A stretch of DNA of 63,692 nt, the filler included, from Conidiobolus incongruus B7586 (lineage: Eukaryota), in NCBI GenBank assembly GCA_000697335.1. It is 14 parts of 14 records of this genome, joined end to end, with 100 filler letters (N's around TTAATTAATTAA, not from the genome) between each part and the next. Parts side by side here need not be neighbours in the genome. Positions count along the whole stretch, not along the records: positions 50,879 to 60,709 come from JNEM01007365.1; positions 60,810 to 62,208 come from JNEM01007366.1; positions 62,309 to 63,692 come from JNEM01007367.1; 11 more parts are not named here. The stretch is one strand, 5' to 3'. Of this stretch, positions 53,950 through 63,692 are shown one piece after another. The position numbers and the translations under genes are program-made. Each line of letters starts with the position of its first letter. Position 1 is the stretch's first letter. The notes beneath the pieces were generated by a model. It did no database searches, was not told the DNA's origin, and saw only the letters and a program-made list of their open reading frames with translations.

Positions 53950-54360
53950 ATAAAATTCCTTTTCAATTGATTGCACCTCTATACTTATTGAATATAATAG
54001 GCAACGTTTATATTAATAAAGTATTTATGTTTTTTTGTCCTCATTATTATATTAATTCAAATTTCATTGTCTATATACAATCTCCATTAACAATAAAATT
54101 ATGAAATTCAAGGATAATGTACTGAATCTGATCTTGACTTTGAAAACTCCACAAAGAAGGCTCGATTAGATTGAATATATTTTGAGAAGTCACAGCTTTT
54201 ATAAAATCAAAAGCCGTAACCAGGCCTCTTGTATTGCAAACTTCCTCTTGCAATATAAACATCATCAATTCCACAAAGAACTCATCATAGCATATATTCA
54301 AGATTTTGATTTATATCAATAATGAATTTTTGGATATTTGAAACACGATAGCAATTTTAT
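53950..54360 (-). pseudogene. Possible non-LTR (LINE) reverse-transcriptase relic
   Basis: RGLVTAFDFIKA...L..FQ resembles the LINE RT D(F)xKA(F/Y)D motif; flanked by QKFIIDINQ upstream and IVNG / LLYSISIE downstream in the expected order. Confidence 0.35.
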
Positions 54361-54643
54361 GATATGTTCATTTTAGTAAAGTATTTTTTTTCTCATTAAT
54401 TGCTCAATCAAAAAATTAAATAAATTTCAAATTTTTTTAACAAATAATATAAAAATATATATAATTTTAAATATATTATTTATGATTTTCTCATAAAATT
54501 TTAAATATGTGCATCATAACAAAATTAAGGTTTTAATTAAATTAATAAATATTTTTGACATATATGTTATGATTTTGTTTGATGTGGATTATTATCAAAG
54601 AATGGTGAATTAAACATTGAAATTATGCACAGGTATTTTATAC

Positions 54644-54972
54644 TGTTGTTCTTCCGATTGCTAGTAGGATGCTTATAATAGGAAAGGGAGCGGTTTTTTT
54701 CGCGGTTTGTTTTGTAGTTTGGATTAAGTTGATTTATATAGGTTAATTGATGGTTTAATTGGCTTCATGAAAAATTAGATATGATGAAGAAAATTCATTC
54801 AGACAATGGTTCTTTAATAGACCATTCGTCAGTTGCAAATAGTGCAATGAATTGTATTAGATCAGAAAAATTAGAGCTTGAAGTGGTGTGAAGAGTATTC
54901 TGGAGTTATAACTCCATAAGGTAATAGATTGCAAGCTGAAGTTAATAGGACTAATTACCATCTTAGTAACCA
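54644..54972 (-). mobile_element. Solo-LTR-like repeat family E, copy 1
   Basis: TG...CA ~330 bp; homologous to 59168-59498 (shared ATTCAGACAATGGTTCTTTAATA, GTCAGTTGCAAATAGTGCAA, TTAGAGCTTGAAGTGGTGTGA); TATATAAA on the minus strand. Confidence 0.55.
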
Positions 54973-55903
54973 TAATCCATAAATTTATTTTAGACGATTT
55001 TGAAATATTTGATGTAATTAATGTGTGTAACATATGAATATAATAATTTCTTTTGATTTTTATGAGTTATTATATATATATATACTATTTAAATCTCAAA
55101 TGAATTCTAAAGTTTTATTCTCTTAACTTTTAGTAATAATATAAGTATATACAAATTATTTCAAAGAATAAAAAACAATAAGATATTAGGTTAAGTATAT
55201 AAATATCTAGTAATGGTTCATTATTCATTATTTTTTTTGAAATATTATTTTAATTAGTTAATAGTGTTATTAGGCCACTGTAATTTAAATGTTCGGATTC
55301 AAAAATTAAATACCTTCAATTATTATCTTCGATTCAAAAATCTTGATATGTAGAAATGTTAAAAAAATAAAATATTTATATAATCTTTTTCAATGAATCT
55401 TTATTGAATAGAGAATAGATTGTTATAGATATGCTTATAGTTTATCGAAAATATTTAGTAGAGTGATTTAATTCAATTTGAAAATTTTCATTGTAGAGGT
55501 CAAGGATAATATTTACAAAAATGATTGCAAAAATCCAAGTTGAAAATTTTTGCTTGAAACAGCTATGAAATCAATTAGTAGAAGTATATTTCAGTAACAA
55601 TAGAGGTAATCTAAGAATATACAATATTATAAATCTCAAATTAAATAAATCTTTAATTATTAATTTATTATTGAATATTTATTTTGAAGAGATCTGAATT
55701 CGATTTGAATTTTGGTGGATTCATGTATCTTCCATATAGTTTTCAAAGGAAATATTAGTTTGAGTGAATTAACAATACTTGACATATAAAAAAATTGTCA
55801 AACAGTTTGGTAGTGAGCTTTAATAGAACACTTATAATACAATAATATCAACTTTATTCAAATAAAATATAAAACATTACAACTGAAGAATTAGTAAAAT
55901 AGG

Positions 55904-57610
55904 TTAATATAAAACTAGAAACGATTTGGTAGTGGTTAATAAGTTTTTAGGATCGTTTCTAACTTCTGGAGTAGTAAGTTTGACTTCAACCTTCCAGTTT
56001 CCTTTTTTAACAGGTATACTGAGTAAATCATCAAATTGAGATAAATGCTGATCTCCTTTAAACCAGCGGATGTTTAATTTTTCACCAGGTATCTGATTGT
56101 TCGGTTCTCTCAAATGTCCCAGCCTGAGAGGAAAAACAGTTGCTTGACCTTGAGAAACTTTTATATCATCAATCAGAGTAATCTTGTTCAAAAACTGGTA
56201 CCACATTCCTTCTTTGCAAACATTACAGAAATGATTTGAAGTCATATTTCTCATCAAGCAGAAATCTTTAGTGGGTCTGTATGATTTTTTAAGATCAACA
56301 TCCCAAGTTGGATATGCAGAGTAATGATCATTACTATTCTTAAACTCGTCATCGTTACCATACTCAAAAATATTCACTGAAGCAAGCATCCTTGGAATTT
56401 GCTTGTTAGTTGGGATAGTTTTGGAGCGAACTGTGAGAGTATGTTGGCCTTCTGGAAATCCATTATTTTCAAACCAGTCGTAGAATTCTCGATCATCGGA
56501 ACCTCGAGATTTCCATGGAAGAACTTTACCATCAAGGATAAACTCAAGGCAATCTTTTTCACCTGCAGCTGTGACGCTGGTTGACAAATACCATTTACTA
56601 TATTTGCCATCTGATGTAAAATTGAATGAGATAGGTTTTGTTGAGAGGTCGTGCCATGGATATTCTAGCAATCGGTAAATTTCTCTTTCTTCTCTCAAAG
56701 ACCCAGTAAGCCAATGCTTCCACCCCACCTCTTCTAACGACTTTGCAGCATTAACACCGCTATATACTTGACCATTGTCATACTCTTCTCCAACATTTAC
56801 AAAATTATGACCCATTTCATGGCGTAGGACAATAGTTCCAGTTCGCTCGCTTCTGGTTGAAATCACAAATTCTCCGCCCAATCCCCCATAGTAATCATCA
56901 TTGCCCAACAGTGCTGGATAATCGCAAGCATTCATTCCTGTGAGTAAACAGGTGAGTCGGGCAAGAAGTGGATTATGGGTGTAAATAGCTCTAAGCTGTC
57001 CCTTTTCGCGTGTCAATAGGAAAGGGGTCTTTTTTGGGCCATTATATCCAATTCCAGAATCGATACTAGGTACATGTATTCCCCAAATATTGAACAAAGG
57101 TAGCCATGATTTGAAAGTTACACCTTCAAACATGTCTTTGACTAACCTACGAACATCATCAAAGAATCGATTTCTTTCGGCTAAAGTATAACCATCACCC
57201 ATGAATACTACGTCGATTCTGTTTTTTGGATCTCCATTGTCTACTATTTTTCTCACTTCAGGTAAATAAGGAGACAATATACTATTAGATAGTGTTGAAA
57301 TTACATTCTTTTTAGTGCATAATTTATCTAAATTAACTTGGGAAGCGGTTTGACTTTTGGAGTAAGTCTCAAAGATTTCTTCCTCGCGCGATACAGGAGA
57401 TCCGGAATCATAAGGTAAATTTTGAGTATATTTCCTGAATATTTTCAAATCATTATCATCTTTTAAATCTCCAAAGTGAGGTACTTCACTCTCAACTAGG
57501 ATTTCGCAAGCTCCAGAGGTATTTCGAACAAATTTTTTATAATAAATTTGACCTGATATTGATGTTAATAATCCTTGCACTATAAAAATTAAAAAGGCAA
57601 TCGATTTCAT
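55904..57610 (-). CDS. Secreted IgA peptidase M64-family zinc metallopeptidase, 568 aa, intronless
   Basis: Hydrophobic N-terminal signal-like segment; NRIDVVFMGDGYT, YYGGLGG, VLRHEMGHNF..VGEEY (HExxH), YRPT..CLMRNM...FCNVC. Confidence 0.92.
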   Translation of the reverse strand: MKSIAFLIFIVQGLLTSISGQIYYKKFVRNTSGACEILVESEVPHFGDLKDDNDLKIFRKYTQNLPYDSGSPVSREEEIFETYSKSQTASQVNLDKLCTKKNVISTLSNSILSPYLPEVRKIVDNGDPKNRIDVVFMGDGYTLAERNRFFDDVRRLVKDMFEGVTFKSWLPLFNIWGIHVPSIDSGIGYNGPKKTPFLLTREKGQLRAIYTHNPLLARLTCLLTGMNACDYPALLGNDDYYGGLGGEFVISTRSERTGTIVLRHEMGHNFVNVGEEYDNGQVYSGVNAAKSLEEVGWKHWLTGSLREEREIYRLLEYPWHDLSTKPISFNFTSDGKYSKWYLSTSVTAAGEKDCLEFILDGKVLPWKSRGSDDREFYDWFENNGFPEGQHTLTVRSKTIPTNKQIPRMLASVNIFEYGNDDEFKNSNDHYSAYPTWDVDLKKSYRPTKDFCLMRNMTSNHFCNVCKEGMWYQFLNKITLIDDIKVSQGQATVFPLRLGHLREPNNQIPGEKLNIRWFKGDQHLSQFDDLLSIPVKKGNWKVEVKLTTPEVRNDPKNLLTTTKSFLVLY

Positions 57611-59167
57611 ATTAGTTGTAATAGAGTAGAGTGTTTTTTCAATTATTGATAATTTTATTAGAACTGTACCTCTTTAAATACCGCTTTTTATTAGCCCAAA
57701 TTATAATTTCTCCAAATTTAATTAAAACTTAAATTTAATTGAAATGAAACATATATGCTTCACTAAGTTTGCATAGACAATAAGCTTTTAGTTAAAATAA
57801 TTTGAAACTTTATAGTTAGATTTTTAATTCTAGTCAATTTTTTGCAAAAACTAAGATCAAATATATTGAGAAGTAATCTTTTGAATCTATCCTTACTGGA
57901 TAATTAAAGAAAGACTCATTTGACAAGTGGAAAAATGAGAAATTTTTTCTAATATACCAAGGTTAATAAATATAAATTCGAGTTATGATATTATAATAAG
58001 CCATTATGCGATTGTATATGTTAATTAAAAACTATATATTATTTTATAAAAAATATAAACTAGTATATAAAAATTCAAAACATTCTGTTATTATATTAAC
58101 TGAATTAAAAAATTTGACAATATATTAACCCAATCATAGCATTTTATTTTTTTTATCAATATTACTAAATTTTATCAATCTATGTGTTAAAAGGGTTTTA
58201 ATATATAATTATAACAGAATGTTAATAGTTGTTATATAATTTTTCTGTATTTCCAAATAAAGTCATATATTATTATATAATAAAGAATTAACTACAAAGT
58301 TAATTGAATTGTGATATTTCAGAATATTAAATATTCAATATAAACTATAATTTAATTATGAGAATAGTTACAATATATTTATTATTAGAGTTGAACAATG
58401 TTGGAAAAAATCATTGAATTATAGCTATGATTATCAACAAATCAAATTTTATTTATATTTAACTCTTGAAATAAAACCAAATTTTGATTTTTACAAGATA
58501 TTTTACACCTTGAATGAAAGATAACTGATTAAAATAACTATAGTTTGTTTCTATCTTTAAATATAATGATATTTTATATAGTAACATTGATTGGGTATAA
58601 AACTTATATATTTTTTATATTTATTCAATTACAAGGATAATAATTATTTTCAGTTAAAATTAATCATAACAAAATCTAGTAAACTTAGAATATTAAATTT
58701 TACAGTCTTAACCAGTGCTATTAAAAGTTTATATTAATTTCAATTTTGTATACAAAAATAAATTTTTCATTCACTCAACACAAAAATTTAATGTAATATA
58801 TGAAAATTATTGCATAGTTATTAAAATTTTATCCATGAATTCATTTATTAAATTTTTCAAGTATTAAAATATTAACTATAAATATATCATTAATTGAAAT
58901 TTAATTGATTTGATTTTGATATATTAATAAAATTCTCAAACTTAAATATTTAATCATTTAAAAATATTATTTAAAATTCATTTTATAAATTGATAATATG
59001 GTAATATTTTAAAATTAATAAAAATTATTAAATATCTCATTTTTATTCATCTATTTTCATTGAAACACCATTTGTTATCAAATGATTATTTATAATGACA
59101 TAGATTTATATTTGAATCAAATTAACAAAATTAAATTCGACGTCTAATTTTAAGAACTTGCTCAAAT

Positions 59168-59498
59168 TGATATATCTACTGATTGCTTGTTAAATTTTGA
59201 TAATAGGCAAGGGAGCGGCTTGCTCGTGGTTTGCTTGATAATATAGGTTAAGACGTTTTATTTGGATTTATTAAAAGGTTTAATGAACTTGACAGGAAAC
59301 ATGAGGTCATGAGAAAAATATATTCAGACAATGGTTCTTTAATAAACCATTAGTCAGTTGCAAATAGTGCAAAGAATTGTATTAGATCCAGAAAAATTAG
59401 AGCTTGAAGTGGTGTGATGGGTATTCCCGGGTTATATCTCTGTAAGATAATAGACTGCAAGCTGAAGTTAGTCGGAATGGTTACTATCTAAGTAACCA
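59168..59498 (-). mobile_element. Solo-LTR-like repeat family E, copy 2 (direct orientation)
   Basis: Collinear with 54644-54972; both end ...AGTAACCA. Confidence 0.55.
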
Positions 59499-60605
59499 CT
59501 AATCTAATTAAAAATAAATTATTACTATTAAATAACATATTTTCCCTAAGAGTCAGAAAATGTTCTAGAATTATAAAAATTGAGATTTTAGATAAGTGTT
59601 ATTATATCAAAATAATCCAATTTGTATTTTTGGGGGCATTTGTTTCCTTGGAATACTAAATATACTCATACTATTATGTTATACTTGAAAATTGTAGCTC
59701 CATGAATTAAGTTATAACTTAATATAGATGAGTTATGAATTAAAATATAAAACAGTCATTTTATATTAATAGAATATTTGATAATAATTTTAATATAACT
59801 TGGTTGCATTATTTTGCATATAGTGTTCGATATTTTAAGCTTTGAATATTTGTCATATTTTTTGATTTGGAAATTTAAGATAAAAGATTATAATTGTAAC
59901 CGTCTTGTAATAAATTATAATATATATTCCTGGATTGACTTCACTGGTATTTTTGCTCCAGGTTCAATTTAATACAACAGTAAATTTAGTAACATTTGAA
60001 TTTATTATCACCATACGTTGTATTTTGAAAATACCCGTCCGTCTCGATTCGATTGTTAAGTCCATATTATCCCTCATTTATAGTGGCTTTGTCAGTCCAT
60101 AAAAAGAGGATATCATTCATTGAATCAAATGTTTAAATAATCTTATTAATGGATAATATACTATTAGTCATCTTTGAACAAACATATTTTAAATCACAAC
60201 ACAAGTACAATTAAATGCGATTCTATTTATTGATATTATATTTTTTAATTGATAAAATATCCAATATTAAGAATTATATTGGTTGTATTTTTTATGAATA
60301 ATATAAATCTACCTTAAGTAACATTATATTGGTTTCAAACCATTTAAAAAATGCTGAGGGTAATAATAATTAAAAAAAATATAAAAATATAATATTAAAA
60401 CTATCTAAGATAAATTTATTTTATAATTAAAAATTTTAAAAAAATTATTAATAATTTCTCTTATATATATTTGCTGATTATAATAATTATTTCTTTAAAG
60501 ATCATATAAAATAATATTTTTAAATTTAAAATTAATATTTTTAATAACTAAAAAATAAAAAATCTTTTCTAAAATGAGTTTGTAATATTATTTTAAGCTT
60601 ATATA

Positions 60606-61303
60606 TTACCTTGAATTTGAAATAATGGGAAATTTTTTAATTTCTGATTTTTCAAACATATTATTAGTTTGAAATGAATAAATATATACAAAGTTAATAG
60701 GAAATTATANNNNNNNNNNNNNNNNNNNNNNNNNNNNNNNNNNNNNNNNNNNNTTAATTAATTAANNNNNNNNNNNNNNNNNNNNNNNNNNNNNNNNNNN
60801 NNNNNNNNNTTATTTAGTTCCTGAAGGAAAATCAATTAATAGTAAACTATATATTGCTTTTTTAAATAAAAGTATTTCTAATTGGTGTTCTCAATATAAT
60901 TTGAGAAAACCTATTATTTTGCATGATAATTGTAAAATACATAAATCTAAAGCTGTAAAAAACTTTCTAATTAAAAATAACTGGAAAGAACTACCACATC
61001 TAGTATATTCCTCTGATTATAACCCATGTGATTATAATTGCTTTGGGTAATTAAATAACCAGCTTACAGGAAAGAAAATTTCTGCAGGAAAATTTAATTG
61101 GTTTGTGAAACATCAAATTTCAGTCTTTAATAAAAAGAACTGTTTTTTAGGTGTTAGAAGTTTGCCAAAAGTATGGCAAAAAGTTATTAATAATAAAAGA
61201 AACTATTAAATTTATATTATATATTTATTTTTATATATCATATATTCAAATGTTTATTTATTTTTAATTGCAAAAAATTCCCATTATTAAAAATGCAGAG
61301 TAA
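60606..61303 (+). mobile_element. Mariner DD34D copy spanning a gap, lightly mutated
   Basis: TA|TTACCTTGAATTTGAAATAATGGGAA ... TTCCCATTATTAAAAATGCAGAGTAA|TA; HDNCKIH...YSSDYNPCDY; CAA-to-TAA stop at ~61048. Confidence 0.88.
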
Positions 61304-62308
61304 TATTAATATAATTTAAATTTAAAAATAAAGTAACAAATTAATTTCAAAAATAGTATATATTTTAATATAATAATCTTATAAAAATTTGAAGTTTATT
61401 TTTATAATTAGATAGATTTAATTTGTTAAAATATTATTTAATCTGCTTTTATATAATAATAACAAAAATAATATATTATAATAACAGACTTAATATAAAA
61501 CTAATGTAGTTTTTAATATAATACTAATAATACTATAAAATCATATAGATTTAAATAAAGTTTTATCAAACTTTATATATAAATGAATACTAATATATCA
61601 GAACTTATATTAAGCAACATAAATATATTGTAATATAAATAAAATATAGTGTTGATCATATAAATACTAAATAAAAATAAGATAAATTAAAAATTAAAAA
61701 AAATAATTCTTAGAAAAATTAATAATATTTATATAACTTATTATATTATAAAAATATAAATTAATTCATTAAATTATAATTAAATGAATTATATAAAAAT
61801 AGATATAAAAGTTTTGAGAATTAATTCTATAGCATAATTTTTAATTTTTTTAAATAAATATAATTAAAATAAAACTTAAATATTTTAAAAAAAGATCAAT
61901 TCTTATAATCCTATTATAAATTTTATCTAATACTTTATAAAAATAATATAGTTAATTTCTAATAATATTATATAAATAAGTATCATTGATGCTTAATTTT
62001 GAAATACTATTTCTTTTGATATTTCTAATTATTAAATAATATATCAGCTAATTAAAATTACAATAAAAGCCAAATTAAATATATAAATCAGGAATTTATT
62101 AATATAGTTAATAATTTTAATAATATTGGATATTGAAATAAATGATCTAATTATACTAATTATTATAATAATTATAGATTAAAAGGATTATTAAATTTTT
62201 GAATTTAANNNNNNNNNNNNNNNNNNNNNNNNNNNNNNNNNNNNNNNNNNNNTTAATTAATTAANNNNNNNNNNNNNNNNNNNNNNNNNNNNNNNNNNNN
62301 NNNNNNNN

Positions 62309-62783
62309 AAGAATACCTCAGCCTATCATACCTATTTGCAAAAAATTAGGGAGTGTGTCTCCTCTAAGAGACTTACTGGGGGAGTGTTAAGAGACTAGTT
62401 CTCTAAATTCTTATATACACTTTCATATAATCCAATTAACTATAAATTATATGATTAATTTATACTTATATAGTTAAATTAATTGTATAAATAGTATTAA
62501 ATTATCTAATAAACAAGGTTCCTCTTTTTCCTCTCAATTCTTACTATTTTTTACTTTCACACTATTTCTAAGATTGAGACTATATTCTGTCGATATTGTA
62601 GGATATTGGCACTACCTAATATAAATCTTAATATATCGGTGACTCATCCTAGTTCGAAGCTTAATTAAACTTTGTTTACACTTGCACGCTACAGCCACGT
62701 TATATTACCACGTTCTACGCCACACTACTTTTATATTAAGTCTTCCTCTGCACTATATTAGTTTAACTACCACTATGCTTACA
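62309..62783 (+). mobile_element. 3' end of a young Gypsy family A copy: PPT and 3' LTR (62385-62783)
   Basis: GGGGGAG|TGTTAAGAG...CTTACA; nearly identical to 32010-32406. Confidence 0.92.
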
Positions 62784-63308
62784 ATTATAATAGATTATAA
62801 TAGTATATGCTATTTTTATTTAGTTCCTAAAGGAAAATCAGTTAATAATAAACTTTATATTGCTTTTTTAAATAAAAGTATTTTGAATTAGTGTTTTCAA
62901 TATAATTTAAGAAAACTTATTATTTTGCATGTTAATTATAAAATTTATCAATCTAAATCTATAAAAATCTTTCTAATTAAAAATAACTAGAAAAAACTAC
63001 TACATCTAATATATTCTTTAGATTATAACCTATGTGATTATAATTGCTTTAGGTAATTAAAAAACCAGCTTACAAAAAAAAAATTTCTATAGGAAAATTT
63101 AATTGGTGTATAAAACATTAAATTTCAGTCTTTAATAAAAAGAACTATTTTGTAGATGTTAGATCTTTGTTAAAAGTATAGTAAAAAGTTATTAATAATA
63201 AAGGAAACTATTAAATTTATATTATATATTTATTTTTATATATTTATATTAAAATATTTATTTATTTTCAATTGCAAAAAAATTCCCATTATTAAAAATA
63301 TAGAGTAA
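62784..63308 (+). mobile_element. 3' half of a mutated mariner, target of the Gypsy insertion
   Basis: Collinear with 25163-25690; right TIR ...CCCATTATTAAAAATATAGAGTAA|TA. Confidence 0.88.
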
Positions 63309-63692
63309 TAATTAAAATTTTAATTATAGATCAAATATCAATTATAAATAAATATAATTAACAAAAATATTATTAATTGATTTATTATGGTAAAATTAAA
63401 TAATAGACATATACTATTATAATCTATCAAAATAATTATTATTTGTTAAAAATTCAATAATTATTTATTAAGATTTATGAATATAGCAGTTTTATTTAAA
63501 TCAATCTATTTTTTTATTTTTAAATAAAAGATAATATATAGTATACAGGGTTTATTAATTATAATAATTTAATATAAAAGCCTTTATTTTTAATTATATT
63601 TTAATATATTTTTTATTAATATAAATATTTTGACTCCTCTTTAAGCTATTGTTAGATTATAAGATATTGATTTAATATTTTAATTAATTAAT

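Noticed and set aside
14240..62308. Recurring palindrome TTAATTAATTAA between N runs, superficially a repeat array
   Set aside because: Always 44 N + 12-mer + 44 N with stops in all six frames, so an artificial linker. True gap sizes and adjacency across gaps are unverified.
1..63692. CRISPR array, prokaryotic operon or alternative genetic code explaining the stop-rich TE frames
   Set aside because: No regularly spaced repeats; spliceosomal introns are present; host genes read normally in the standard code; TE stops differ between copies and map to TGG/CAA/CAG transitions.

Overview
Very AT-rich eukaryotic DNA, most likely fungal. A non-Dikarya lineage is inferred from gene style and composition but cannot be proven from this window. 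It is a scaffold with 13 artificial 100-nt gaps (44 N + TTAATTAATTAA + 44 N). Host genes: a divergent inverted pair of CsbD-like genes (one frameshifted), an FAD-dependent monooxygenase, a 7-exon endonuclease III (NTH1-like) glycosylase missed by the ORF track, two tandem MFS (Dal5/Tna1-like) permeases and a secreted M64 peptidase. Between them lie nested transposon remnants: a full-length Ty3/Gypsy chromovirus (16624-22343, 5-bp TSD, tRNA-iMet PBS) with several partial copies, a second young chromovirus, about 8 DD34D mariner copies or fragments, 3-4 DD34E Tc1 copies with IR-DR ends, solo-LTR-like repeats and possible LINE relics. The strongest signal is that repeat copies differ almost only by C-to-T/G-to-A transitions on both strands. 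CpG is lost first and other contexts later, while neighbouring genes stay intact. This points to a RIP-like or methylation-driven repeat-mutagenesis system with broad context. Other notable structures are a ~10-kb inverted arrangement with a 266-bp perfectly identical tract, and two intronless enzyme genes each bracketed by a direct pair of ~330-bp LTR-like repeats.
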